DNA from: an uncultured Candidatus Rokubacteria bacterium
GTDB lineage: Bacteria; Methylomirabilota; Methylomirabilia; Rokubacteriales; DASRDR01
Assembly: GCA_963826115.1 (NCBI GenBank)
Contig: CAWGVS010000001.1
Span: 44,643-108,642 of the forward strand
Direction: 5' to 3'
DNA: 64,000 nt
The translations under genes and the position numbers were made by a program. The notes under the pieces are model-generated. The model ran no database searches and was not told where the DNA came from. It saw nothing but the letters and a program-made list of their open reading frames with translations. This document shows, piece by piece, positions 39,130-49,336 of this stretch; within the stretch, counting starts at the first letter, position 1, and each line of letters opens with the position of its first letter.

Positions 39130-39558
39130 CTGGACCTGGCCGCCCTCGTGCGCCGCGCGTTTGCGATCGACGTGTTGACCTGCCTGCGCTGCGACGGGCG
39201 GCTGCGGGTGATCGCGACGGTCGAGGATCCACTCGCGGTGCGGCAGATCCTTGCGGCTGCGCCGCTCGGGCCCGGCCCGCCGCTTTGTGCGTCCGCCATC
39301 GCGCCCTGACGACCCCGGGTCTCACGGGGGCGCTCGATCTCTAGACTCGCGGCGCGGGATCGGGCTCGCCGTGCTTCCCCGCGCCCTCGCCGAACGACGC
39401 CGAAGTCCTGGATGCCGCGGATCCCACCCCGTGCCGTCCTTGACACCCTCCGCGCCGACGGCGCAGGGTTGGGGTCGCGGGAGGGCCGTCACGCAGGGGC
39501 GTGGTCCGCCAGCCCCCATGGGACCCGACCGAGAAGGGGTTTTGTGTCGACTACCCTC
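39130..39558 (+). mobile_element. IS91-family 3' end: transposase C-terminal scrap plus ori region with promoter
   Basis: AALVRRAFAIDVLTCLRCDGRLRVIATVEDPLAVRQIL; TTGACA(39440)-N18-CAGGGT; ends gagaaggggttttgtgtcgactaccct. Confidence 0.75.
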
Positions 39559-39577
39559 TAAAGACAGGGAAGCGCTC

Positions 39578-40342
39578 ATGGCGAGACTGGCAGGACGGAC
39601 CGCGATCGTCACCGGCGGGGCGAAGGGCATCGGCGTGCACTATTCCAAGGCGCTTGCCGCCGAGGGCGCCCAGGTGATGATCGCCGACATCGCAGATGGC
39701 TCGGAGCTCGCCGCCGAAATCGCCGCCAAGCACGGCCGCAACTCGACCGACAGCATGGTGTTCGACGTCAGCGACGAGGCGCAGTGCAAGGCGCTGGTCG
39801 CGCGCACCCTGGAGCGCTTCGGCAAGATCGACATCCTGATCAACAACGCCGCGCTCTACGCGCCGCTGCCGACGCTCAAGGTGTCGGAGATCGACGTGGA
39901 GCTCTGGGACAAGGTGATGGCGATCAACATCCGCGGCCCGTTCCTGATGGTCAAGCACACGGCCCCGCACATGATCGCCAAGAAATACGGCAAGATCGTC
40001 AACATCGGCTCCGGCACGGTGGCGCGCGGCATTCCGGATTTCTCGCACTACGTGACCTCGAAGGGCGCGGTGACGGCGTTCACCCGCTGCATGTCGCGTG
40101 AGCTCGGCGAGCACGGCATCTGCGTCAACACGCTGGCACCGGGCTATACGCTGTCCGACACCGGGCTGACCAACACCGTGCATGTGGAGAAATCCCGCGC
40201 CGGCGCGGTGCAGCGGCGGGCGCTCAAGCGCGACGAATACCCCGAGGATCTGCTCGGAACCCTGGTTTTCCTGTGCTCGCCGGACTCTGATTTCATGACC
40301 GGCCAGGTGCTGGCGGTCGACGGCGGGTCTAATAACACCTAG
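39578..40342 (+). CDS. SDR-family oxidoreductase
   Basis: TGGAKGIG, NNAA, YVTSK, VNTLAPG, TGQVLAVDGG. Confidence 0.93.
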   Translation: MARLAGRTAIVTGGAKGIGVHYSKALAAEGAQVMIADIADGSELAAEIAAKHGRNSTDSMVFDVSDEAQCKALVARTLERFGKIDILINNAALYAPLPTLKVSEIDVELWDKVMAINIRGPFLMVKHTAPHMIAKKYGKIVNIGSGTVARGIPDFSHYVTSKGAVTAFTRCMSRELGEHGICVNTLAPGYTLSDTGLTNTVHVEKSRAGAVQRRALKRDEYPEDLLGTLVFLCSPDSDFMTGQVLAVDGGSNNT

Positions 40343-40519
40343 CGGAACCGGGCCTTCCGGCCCGCAAATCACGCATATCGCCTGCGTTGCCGCGACCCTG
40401 TTAAAGGTACGCGAAAATCGCTATATCTTAGGCCAAGCAGGCCGAATTTGCCCTTTCGGGGCAGGGATTTCCAGGGAGCACGCCATGTCCGTCGCCCACG
40501 TCGACCCCAAGCATAACGT

Positions 40520-40668
40520 CCCCCCATGGGACCCGACCGAGAAGGGGCCTAATGTCGACTACCCTCAGGCCATCGGCCATGAAGTGTCCCCAGTGCCAGC
40601 AGGAAAACCCTGGGCATGCCGTCTTCTGCCAAGAGCGCGGCACCTCGGTTCGAGGGTGCGGTCGATAG
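40520..40668 (+). mobile_element. IS91-like ori end followed by a double-zinc-ribbon N-terminal scrap
   Basis: cccccatgggacccgaccgagaagggg..aatgtcgactaccct, then MKCPQCQQENPGHAVFCQERG (40579-40668). Confidence 0.65.
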
Positions 40669-40750
40669 GTGGGTCGGGTGGCTCGGCCGGGCCCGCGCCG
40701 TCATACACGAGCCGACGATGAAGACATGTTTCGTCGGTCCGGGGTGACGT

Positions 40751-41113
40751 ATGGCTGACCGTCCTTCGGGGACATGGGCTGGCGATGTCGTACGCAAGCC
40801 AGATTCGACAGCCGTGACCACGGCCTTGTGGCGCGCCGCGCACATCCGACTGGACGCGCCTCCCCACGTCCTAGAGGACGAGATCGGCTTGCGGCTCGTT
40901 CGCGACACCGACGTCCTCGCCGCCTATTTGGGACCGGAGGCGGCCCCGGGGCCGGACGCGTGGTTGTCCCATCCGTATATGGGTGAGAGGTTCCGTCGCT
41001 TTCGCGCCGGCATTGTCGCCAGGGCGCGCCTTGTCGAGGACATTGTGGCCGAGCAGGTCGACCGCGGGCACGACCAGTATGTGATCGGCCGGCTCGCCTT
41101 CAAGCGGGCCTGA
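40751..41113 (+). pseudogene. LCM-type SAM-dependent methyltransferase, N-terminal fragment
   Basis: STAVTTALWRAAH...ARARLVED...QYVI, then breaks before the LGAGLD motif. Confidence 0.7.
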
Positions 41114-41301
41114 CGCCAGAGGTCTGCGAGGTGCTCTCGCGCACGGCGTCGGCTGGCAGCGACGGTGCGCGGCCCGCCGGGGCCTGGGTGTCCCCGAGGG
41201 GACTCGACGTCTTTACGCGGGCGTTCCGCGGGGTGCTCGTCGCGTGAGGCGGGGGCCGAGGAGGATCTCCGCGCCATCGTTTGTGTCCTTCGACCGATGC
41301 T

Positions 41302-42297
41302 TCAGGGTGCGACGATGGCAGGAATCACCCGATCCGCGAGGAGTTCGACCGTCTCCTCGTCCAACCCCAAGATCCCCGGAATGAAGTACTGGATGCCCGC
41401 CCCCGCCAAGCCCCGGTAATACGTGATCGCGTCGTCTGGCGTGCCGGCGAAGAGACTGGTCTGAATGAGAGCCTTCGTCGCCGACGGGATGGCATCGACC
41501 CTGGCCTCGACCCCGGCGCGGGTCGAACTCAGCATCAGTGGATACGTAATATGGCTGCGCAGCACCGACTCCGGAGGACGGCCGAGCACGGCACAGTGCT
41601 GGTCCAAAACGTCCAGCTTGCGCCGCACGTCGGCGACACTCTGAGCACCGCCTGTGTAGACGTGTTCGCCGAAGTTGGACATATCGGCGTACCGGGCCAC
41701 CTGGCGCAGCGTCACGCGCTCCCCGCCGCCGCCGATCAAGAGCGGCAAATGCGGCCGCTGAATGGGCCCGAATGGGAGGGTCGCGTTGGTGACCCAGAAG
41801 TGCCGGCCCTTGTAGGTGAACGGGGCCTGGTCCACGACGCCGCGGACGATCTGGATCGTTTCCTCCAGGGCTTCTTGCCGCTCTCGCGGGCTTGGGAGAT
41901 GGAGGCCCAGCTGCTCGAACTCCCAGAGGAAATCACCGGCACCGAGCCCGAGAACCAGCCGGCCCGCGCTCATGCGGTCGACGTCCGCGCTCATCCGTGC
42001 GAGCAAGCTCGGTTGGCGGTAGCCGACGCAGCTCACGAACGACCCGAGGCGGATGCGGGTGGTGACAACCGCCAGTGCCGCGAGGGTGGTCCAACAGTCC
42101 AGCCAGTTCATGGGGTGGTCGGTTTTCCAGTAGGAGTCGAACCCGAGGGCCTCGAGGCGCTGGACGAAGGTCTGAAACGCGGACCAGTCCGCCCCTTTCA
42201 CCGAGGACACAGCCAGGCCGAACCGAATCTTGTGGTGGCCTTCGGCGACCCACGGGTGCGTGATCCAGGGCCCTGCCTTCGGCGGTCCCTCGTGCAT
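41302..42297 (-). CDS. LLM-class flavin-dependent oxidoreductase
   Basis: GFDSYWKTDH, TTRIRLG, GRLVLGLGAG, LLIGGGGERVTL. Confidence 0.9.
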   Translation of the reverse strand: MHEGPPKAGPWITHPWVAEGHHKIRFGLAVSSVKGADWSAFQTFVQRLEALGFDSYWKTDHPMNWLDCWTTLAALAVVTTRIRLGSFVSCVGYRQPSLLARMSADVDRMSAGRLVLGLGAGDFLWEFEQLGLHLPSPRERQEALEETIQIVRGVVDQAPFTYKGRHFWVTNATLPFGPIQRPHLPLLIGGGGERVTLRQVARYADMSNFGEHVYTGGAQSVADVRRKLDVLDQHCAVLGRPPESVLRSHITYPLMLSSTRAGVEARVDAIPSATKALIQTSLFAGTPDDAITYYRGLAGAGIQYFIPGILGLDEETVELLADRVIPAIVAP

Positions 42298-42349
42298 CGC
42301 AGCCCTCCCTGCCGACCGGACTCAAGCCGGCAGCTGGCGTATCCGGCCG

Positions 42350-42979
42350 TTATGGCGTGATGGGGTGGGGTCTCCGCCGCATGAACCAGAAGTGCGGCCC
42401 CCCGGCGGGGACATCTCCCTCGACGGCGATCTCGAAGCCGTACCGCTGGTAGAGCGGCACGTTCCGCGGCGGCAGGCTCAACAGGTGGCACTCGACCCCG
42501 TCCTGGTCGGCCCGCGCGAGGCCCGCTCGCAAGAGCAGGCCTCCCAGGCCGAGGCCCTGCCGCGCGGGGTCCACGCCGATGAACATAAGATACCAATGGG
42601 GAATGGACTGGGCGGCCTCGCGGACACCGCTCAGGTGGTGAACCACCGCGTCGAGGCGCGCTCGCGCCCCCTCGCTGAACGCGCTGACCGCCGCGGTCAC
42701 TCCCGCCTGATCTCTGCGTTCCTGGGTCCTCCGGATCCCGGCGCCCGGTGGGAACCAGATGGCGCTCGCCTCGACCGGCCCGGCGGGCACGTCCACCACC
42801 CCGAAGAGAAGGCCGTACCGCGTCCAGGCCGTCATGAACGGCGGCATGAGGCGCTCCCGCTCGACGGGATCCGACAGCGAGTGGGTGAAGAGCGGATCGT
42901 CGGCGAAGGCCCGCGCCAGCACCGCTCCCGATTCCGCGACCTGCCCCTCAGCGAGTCTGACTGGCTCGGCCAAGCTCAT
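42350..42979 (-). CDS. GNAT-family N-acetyltransferase
   Basis: LARAFADDP, HWYL..IGVDPARQGLGLG, NVPLYQRYGF. Confidence 0.9.
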   Translation of the reverse strand: MSLAEPVRLAEGQVAESGAVLARAFADDPLFTHSLSDPVERERLMPPFMTAWTRYGLLFGVVDVPAGPVEASAIWFPPGAGIRRTQERRDQAGVTAAVSAFSEGARARLDAVVHHLSGVREAAQSIPHWYLMFIGVDPARQGLGLGGLLLRAGLARADQDGVECHLLSLPPRNVPLYQRYGFEIAVEGDVPAGGPHFWFMRRRPHPITP

Positions 42980-43082
42980 GACGAGGTCACCTCACGATTC
43001 CAGTACCAGTGTCGTCCCCTGACCCGAATCACGGGAGTCCCCGACCGGCACAGGGGGCGCCGGAGGATGCTTCGACGGTGCG

Positions 43083-43943
43083 TCAGACCGTTGCTCTCAT
43101 CATTTGCTCGTTCCACCACACGCTCAGACCATCACGGCGATCGCCGATATAGCGCCCAGCCGCTGCCTCGGGCGACAAGTGAGCGACACGCGAGAAGCCC
43201 ATCCCCCTGAGCTTTGCCACGAGTTCGTCCGGAAGACACGCCGTCAGCCAGGGCTCACCCATCTCGGCGGAGCGAGCCGCAAACGCGGCGACCAGCGCCG
43301 CCTCGTCCGGCGGCCGAGCAGACTCGGGCAGTACGAAGCTGAGAACGATTTCGCTCGATGCGGGCATGGATAGCACGAACCTCAGCGTCAGGTCCAGGGA
43401 GGCCTCCGTGAGGTACTGGCTGACGCCGAGGAGTGCGAAGAACGTGGGGGCGGCGAAGTCGAGACCCGCGGCTGACAGGCCCTCGGTCAGGGTCACGCGC
43501 TCGAAGTCGACCGGGACCAGGCGTACGTTCCCAGGAATCGCAATATCCGCCCCGGCCAGCCGTCGGCGTTTCCGTTGCTGGCTCGCGGGATGGTCCACCT
43601 CGAACACGTGCAGTGGCCGGGCCCAGAGCGGCTGGCGATATGCGAAGGTGTCCAGGCCGGCGCCCAGGATCACGTACTGCCGGACGCCATCGCTGACCGA
43701 CTCCGCCAAACAGTCTTCTGCGTACCGACTGCGCACGACAAACAGCGATCGGAACCGAGCCTGGAGCGGACGGGGAAGGCCCTCAAAGCGTGCCAGGGCG
43801 CCCTTGTAGAAGTCGCCGTCCGGCTCGATCAACTTCGCCGCGATCGGATCGACCAGGATCTTGGGGTCGTCGTCAACGGACTGATGTAGCGCGCGCATGA
43901 TCGCGGCCGCCTCGGCGGTCGCACTCCAACGCTGTTCGTGCAT
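43083..43943 (-). CDS. Class I SAM-dependent methyltransferase (LCM family)
   Basis: VRQYVILGAGLDTFAYR, FEVDHPASQ, VPVDF. Confidence 0.9.
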   Translation of the reverse strand: MHEQRWSATAEAAAIMRALHQSVDDDPKILVDPIAAKLIEPDGDFYKGALARFEGLPRPLQARFRSLFVVRSRYAEDCLAESVSDGVRQYVILGAGLDTFAYRQPLWARPLHVFEVDHPASQQRKRRRLAGADIAIPGNVRLVPVDFERVTLTEGLSAAGLDFAAPTFFALLGVSQYLTEASLDLTLRFVLSMPASSEIVLSFVLPESARPPDEAALVAAFAARSAEMGEPWLTACLPDELVAKLRGMGFSRVAHLSPEAAAGRYIGDRRDGLSVWWNEQMMRATV

Positions 43944-44173
43944 CGAACGCCGCGGTTCAGAATCGGAGGAGCGGCTGGAATCGCTGGAGGCCCAGGATCA
44001 TCCGGCCGGTCTCCTCGCACTGCTGCGGGAACATACCGACATGCTGGGTCGCGGCATGGACATCGCGCAGCGACCGCTGTGCCGCGCACACAAACGATGA
44101 AAGCCACCTCCCTCGGAGCGACCGCCACCGGGGGCCCGGCGAGCGGCAGCCGCACGATCGCCGGAGTTGAGCT

Positions 44174-44587
44174 TCACCGCTCTCGTTCCCATACGATCTT
44201 GCGGAAATCAACTTTGCCCGGAAACAGAACGCTCGCAGCAGGGACCGACTCGATGATGAGCTTGTCGCCATCAATCTTGAAACGCCGCCTCTGCTCCGTT
44301 CCATTCCACTTTTCGTTCCATGAGGCATCGACCGTTGTGATGAACTCCTCACCTTCCACACGGTACTTGCCCGTATAAGCAAGCATGGACGTGTAGAGTG
44401 CCGCACGCTCTGGTTCGGTCTCTCCGGGGGTGCGATTTTCAGCGGTGGTAAGCGCCATGGCGCGTCCCTCGCGTGTCAGGATCAAGGAGCCCTTTGGTTT
44501 GGACCCAAAGAAATCCCGCGCCCCGTCTTCGCTGACAACCTGCCAAGAGACAAGTTTCCAATTGCCAACCAGCAGTTCCGCACTCAT
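44174..44587 (-). CDS. Lipocalin-like domain protein
   Basis: LVGNWKLVS, FGSKPKG, AYTGKY, GTEQRR, WER. Confidence 0.85.
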   Translation of the reverse strand: MSAELLVGNWKLVSWQVVSEDGARDFFGSKPKGSLILTREGRAMALTTAENRTPGETEPERAALYTSMLAYTGKYRVEGEEFITTVDASWNEKWNGTEQRRRFKIDGDKLIIESVPAASVLFPGKVDFRKIVWERER

Positions 44588-44848
44588 TGACGCTGCCCCC
44601 ACACTCGAACATCGTGGATAGAACAGGCGATCCACATAATCAGGCTTGCCCGAAGTCTAGGACAGAATTGCCAGCCTCCGCACCTAGCACTTGCGAACCT
44701 GCGTCATTCCTACGCGGCGCAAAGCCTGTTTCCTGCCCCCTCCCCGATCACTAGCGCCAAGAGCCGGTGGCCTTGCATATGAACCTGCGATCTATCTCGG
44801 CGACGGTGCCAACGCCCGAAAGAAACATCGTGTTTCTCAGTTCCGCCG

Positions 44849-45872
44849 CCGACCGATGCCGACATCACGGCGCTGCTCACACGGGTCCACCGCCGCGTGC
44901 AGCGGCTCTTGATCCGCCGGGGGCGGTGGCCGGCCGACGACGCCGGGAGCGATCCGTTCGCGGCCCAGGAGCCGCTGTTCGCCAGCGCGGTGGCGGCGTC
45001 GCTCCAGGGCCGGGTGGCGCTGGGACCACGGGCCGGGCAGACAGTGCGCCGGCTCCGCTCGGCGGCCGCCGCGACGGCGACCGGGCGACGCTCGGCCCGG
45101 CTCGCGGGATTTAGTCTGCATGCGAATGTCGCGGTGCCCGCGCGCCGACGGGATCAGCTGGAGCGTCTGGTGCGCTACCTGGTGCGCCCACCGCTGGCGC
45201 TCGACCGACTGACGGAGAGCCCGGGGGGGCAGCTGCTGTACCAGTTCCGCCGCCCGTGGCGTGATGGCTCGACGGCGCTCCTCTTGGACCCACTGGAATT
45301 GTTGGAACGACTGGCGGCCTTGGTGCCCCCGCCGCGCCGGCCGTTGCTCGCGTACCACGGCGTGCTGGCCCCGCGCGCTCGCTGGAGATCGGCCATCGTG
45401 CCGAAGCCACTGCCGGCCGACGCGCGGGCGGCGGCGGCGCCGGTCCCGCGCCGCTGGCCCTGGGCCCAGCTCCTGCGCCGGGTATTCGGGGTTGACGTGC
45501 TCGTGTGTGACCGCTGTGCCGGGCCGCGGCGGATCCTGGGCGCGGTGATGGAGCCCCACGCCGTGCGCCGGCTCTTGGCGGCGCTCGGGTTCGCCGCCGA
45601 GCCGCCCCCCGGCCGCCCCGTCCCCGCCGCCTGACCCACGGTCGATCGCGCTCCCCACCCCGGCGCCGCTGGTCCCGTCTGTCCAGCGCTGCGGGGGACA
45701 CGTCTTGGGCCCTCCCGTGCCGACCGCCGGCGGCCCTTGCCGGCCCCGCCGGAGCCGCGGTATCGTTCCGCGGTATCGTTCCGGCGGCAGCCACCGGCGG
45801 CCGGGGGGCGGGCCGACGTGATGGAGGGCGGGACGAGGGGGCCGAGAAACGTGTTTAGCATTGCCTAGGTTC
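44849..45872 (+). mobile_element. IS91/ISCR-family element, 5'-truncated: transposase C-terminal half (to 45634) plus ori end
   Basis: GFSLHA, LERLVRYLVRPP, WRDGST, LERLAALVPPPR, YHGVLAP, WAQLL.RVF.VD..C..C; HUH half missing; end gagaaacgtgtttagcattgcctag|gttc. Confidence 0.8.
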
Positions 45873-46194
45873 GATACGTTCGCGGCGCTCACCGGCGATG
45901 ATCACTGGATCCACATTGATGTCGACCGCGCCGCGCGCGAGATGCCGCAGGGCAAGACCATTGCCCACGGTTTTCTGACGCTGTCGCTGATCCCGCTGTT
46001 GCAGCGTTCGGTCTATCGGATCGCCCGGCGCGGCCGTGGACTGAACTACGGCTGCAATCGCGTAAGATTTCCTGGTCCGACGCCGGTCGGATCGCGGATA
46101 CGCCTGCATCACCTTCGAATGCACCATCGAGGTTGAAGGGGCCACGCGTCCCGCGGTCGTGGCCGAAACTGTCCTGCAAATTTACGGAGAGTAG
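45867..46194 (+). pseudogene. MaoC-family dehydratase, 5'-truncated and frameshifted
   Basis: FAALTGDDHWIHID..A...TIAHGFLTLSL, NYGCNRVRF. Confidence 0.75.
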
Positions 46195-46196
46195 TT

Positions 46197-47705
46197 TTGG
46201 CAGACGCGGATTTTCTGTCCCTTCCTGAAGTGCTCGCACGTCACGGCCGAGAGATGCCGGACGCTATTGCGTTGACCTGTGAGGACGACAGCCTCACCTG
46301 GGGTGGACTTGCCGAAGCGATGGATCGTGTCGCCGTGCGGCTGATGTCGCTCGGCATCGGCGCCGGCGACAATATCGCGACAATCGGTCTGCCATCCGTC
46401 AATCACGTTGTTGGCGTGTTGGGCGTCCTCCGTGCCGGCGCGTGTGTCGTGCCGCTCCCCGCGAGCGTCGCCGCCGGCGCGCTTGAGGCGATGATCGAAG
46501 ATTGTGGTGCAAAGGCGATCATTGTGGCTGAAGATGCGCGGACCATGATCCCGCCGTTTGAGGACAGAATGAGCGCGCAGAAGATCGCGCTTGAAATGTT
46601 GGTCGATGGCTCGTCGTTTGATCAAGGACAGGCGCCGCCGCCGACCATAGGCCCCGATGATGATTTCAACATCATCTATAGTTCGGGAACGACGGGCGCT
46701 CCGAAAGGCATCGTTCACAGTCACGGCATGCGGATGCGTCAGTTTGCAGGCCGGAACTTCGGCTTCGATCGCACATGCGCTATGCTGCTGGCGACGCCGC
46801 TCTATTCCAATACGACTCTGTTGCCGATGTTATCGACGCTGGCGCATGGCTCCCGCGTCATCCTGATGCGGAAGTTCGATGCAGGCCAATACCTCGAGAT
46901 TGCGGCGGCGGAGCGCGTCACGCACACCATGCTGGTGCCGGTGCAATATCGTCGCATCCTGGCATCACCGGATTTTGGAAAATACGACCTCTCGTCATTC
47001 AGGGTAAAACAATCGACCGGCGCGCCGCTCGATGCCGCGCTCAAGCGGGATCTGTCCGCGCGCTGGCCCGGACGTATGCTCGACCTGTTCGGCATGACGG
47101 AAGGCGGCACCACCTGCATCCTCGATGTCGGCGCAAATCCAGACAAGCTGCATACGGTCGGTCATCCGGCGCCGCAGCACGATATCCGGCTGATTGATGA
47201 AGAAGGTCACGAACTGCCGCGCGGCGCGACCGGAGAGATCGTCGGGCGCGGGCCTTACATGATGACGCGCTATCACAACCAGCCGGAGATGAGCGAGGCG
47301 TTTCGCTGGCGCGATGCCGAGGGACATATTTTCCATCGCAGTGGCGACGTGGGGCGTTTCGACGAGGATGGTTTTTTGATTCTGCTGGATCGCAAGAAAG
47401 ACGTGATCATTTCCGGCGGGTCCAACATTTACGCCTCGGACCTGGAGGCGGTGTTGTCCAGTCACCCCGACGTTGCGGACGCTACGGTTATCGGTATTCC
47501 AAGCCAGGCGTGGGGCGAAACGCCGGCGGGCTTGGTCGTGCTGCATGCAGGCCGGACGATCGATTCTGACACGTTGCGAGAGTGGGCCAATGCGCAACTT
47601 GGCAAGATGCAGCGATTGAGTGTCGTGGAATTCAGGGACGAGTTGCCGCGTTCCAGCTTGGGCAAGGTGCTCAAGCGCGATCTGCGTGATCCGTACTGGC
47701 GCTGA
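46197..47705 (+). CDS. AMP-binding acyl-CoA synthetase
   Basis: IYSSGTTGAPKG, FGMTE, SGDVG, DRKKDVIISGG.NIY, LPRSSLGK. Confidence 0.92.
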   Translation: MADADFLSLPEVLARHGREMPDAIALTCEDDSLTWGGLAEAMDRVAVRLMSLGIGAGDNIATIGLPSVNHVVGVLGVLRAGACVVPLPASVAAGALEAMIEDCGAKAIIVAEDARTMIPPFEDRMSAQKIALEMLVDGSSFDQGQAPPPTIGPDDDFNIIYSSGTTGAPKGIVHSHGMRMRQFAGRNFGFDRTCAMLLATPLYSNTTLLPMLSTLAHGSRVILMRKFDAGQYLEIAAAERVTHTMLVPVQYRRILASPDFGKYDLSSFRVKQSTGAPLDAALKRDLSARWPGRMLDLFGMTEGGTTCILDVGANPDKLHTVGHPAPQHDIRLIDEEGHELPRGATGEIVGRGPYMMTRYHNQPEMSEAFRWRDAEGHIFHRSGDVGRFDEDGFLILLDRKKDVIISGGSNIYASDLEAVLSSHPDVADATVIGIPSQAWGETPAGLVVLHAGRTIDSDTLREWANAQLGKMQRLSVVEFRDELPRSSLGKVLKRDLRDPYWR

Positions 47706-48267
47706 TGTTGGCAGCTTTACTGATTGTCATCCGGATCAACGGGAGACATCGGCGCGCGGCTCGCTCTGGATTGTGGAAGCGACCCGAGTTGGGCTTCGAC
47801 TTCGTCTTAGGATACTAGCAAGACCAGAACCCGGACCAGAACCCGTGTTTCAACCTTGAGCGACTGTCTTTCGAGTCAAGCGATTTGCCACGGCCTGCGT
47901 GCTCGGAGCATGGCCAGGAATCGTCGTGCGCGCGATGACGGGCCATGAGGACGTCAGCTCGTCCGGCCGCACGAGGCCGAGGAACGACGGCCCGCCAGCC
48001 GAGCGGCAGGGCCGCGATCAGCCAGCGGTCATGACGCGGGCCTTGCCGGCAGCCGGTCGGCCGAGAGCCAGCACGGTGAGCGTTCCTCGCGATGCCGAGA
48101 CCGGAGTCACCGGGCCCCGCGCCGCACGTCGACGCGAACAGAGTACAGCCGCGGGTGGCCCAGTGAGCGGGACCCGGACTCTGCCCCGACGCGGCACGCC
48201 CTCCCGCGCGACGTGGCGCCTTGTGGCGGGAACCCGGGCACGTATATCATCACGCGCGTCGAAAGCC

Positions 48268-49293
48268 ATGAGCCACGAATCGTCGGCGTATCGGCAGCTG
48301 AAGGCGCGGTGGGCCCGGGGCGAACCGACCGTCATGGACGGCGGGATCGGGTCGGAGCTCCAGGCCATGGGCTATCCACCCGCCAGGGCCGACGGCCCGG
48401 TCAACTTCACCTGGGGGACGCTCGGGCTGTACGAGGCCCCCGAGACGGTGAAGGCCATGCACCGGCGCTTCGTCGACGCCGGCGCCGACATCCTGCTCAC
48501 CAACACCTTCATGTTCCACCGCTGCGTGCGCATGGAGCGGGACGGGGACCTGGCCGTACCGGCCGGGACGTGGCGGGAGAAGGCGCGGCTCAGCGTGCGC
48601 CTGGCTCGGGAGGCGGCGCGCGAGGGGGGACGGCCGGACATCGCGGTCGTGTTCGCGATGATGATCCAGGACTCGCCGAAGGCCGAATGGCCCGACAACC
48701 GGGCGAGCAGCGGTCGCGGGAGCAAGGACTGGACGGAGATGGTCGCCCACGACTACCTGCGGGAGCTGGCGGGAGCCCTCGAGTCAGAGCCGCCGGACGC
48801 CTTCCTCGTCGAGCTCGCGCCGGCCATCGCCGAGGATCTGAGGTTTCCGCACTACGAGACGCTCGTGGCCACGGGCTTCCCGCTTTGGGTCGCCTACCGT
48901 CGCGGGGTGGGCGGCCCGGTCGGCATCTTCGGGGACGCGCTGCCGCCGGACGGCGACCGGTTCGGACGCGCGGCCCGGCGCCTCGAGGAGCTGGGCGCCG
49001 GCGCCGTGCTGGTCCACTGCCTGCCACCGGCGAACGCCCACGGCGTCGCGCCGTGGCTCCGCGACTTCACGTCCTTGCCGATCGGCGTCTATCCCAACAA
49101 CGGCCGCTACGACATGTACACGTGGCGCTGGGAGCACACCGTCTCGCCGGGTGAGATGGCCGATCACGCCCTCCGCTACGTCGCCGAGGGTTACGCCATC
49201 GTGGGCGGGTGCTGCGGGACCCGACCGGAGCACATCGCCGCCATCGCCAAGGCGGTGAAGCCGGCGTCGGGCGCGCCCGCGCACGGACGGTGA
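48268..49293 (+). CDS. Homocysteine S-methyltransferase-family protein
   Basis: MDGGIGSEL, H..FVDAGADILLTNTF, VHC, VYPN, IVGGCCGTRPEHI. Confidence 0.88.
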   Translation: MSHESSAYRQLKARWARGEPTVMDGGIGSELQAMGYPPARADGPVNFTWGTLGLYEAPETVKAMHRRFVDAGADILLTNTFMFHRCVRMERDGDLAVPAGTWREKARLSVRLAREAAREGGRPDIAVVFAMMIQDSPKAEWPDNRASSGRGSKDWTEMVAHDYLRELAGALESEPPDAFLVELAPAIAEDLRFPHYETLVATGFPLWVAYRRGVGGPVGIFGDALPPDGDRFGRAARRLEELGAGAVLVHCLPPANAHGVAPWLRDFTSLPIGVYPNNGRYDMYTWRWEHTVSPGEMADHALRYVAEGYAIVGGCCGTRPEHIAAIAKAVKPASGAPAHGR

Positions 49294-49336
49294 CGGGGCC
49301 GGCGTCGGCTGAGGTCAGGCCGGTCAGCGCGGATTG

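Noticed and set aside
44849-45634. Active IS91 transposase
   Set aside because: The N-terminal zinc-binding and HUH half is missing; only a fragment remains.
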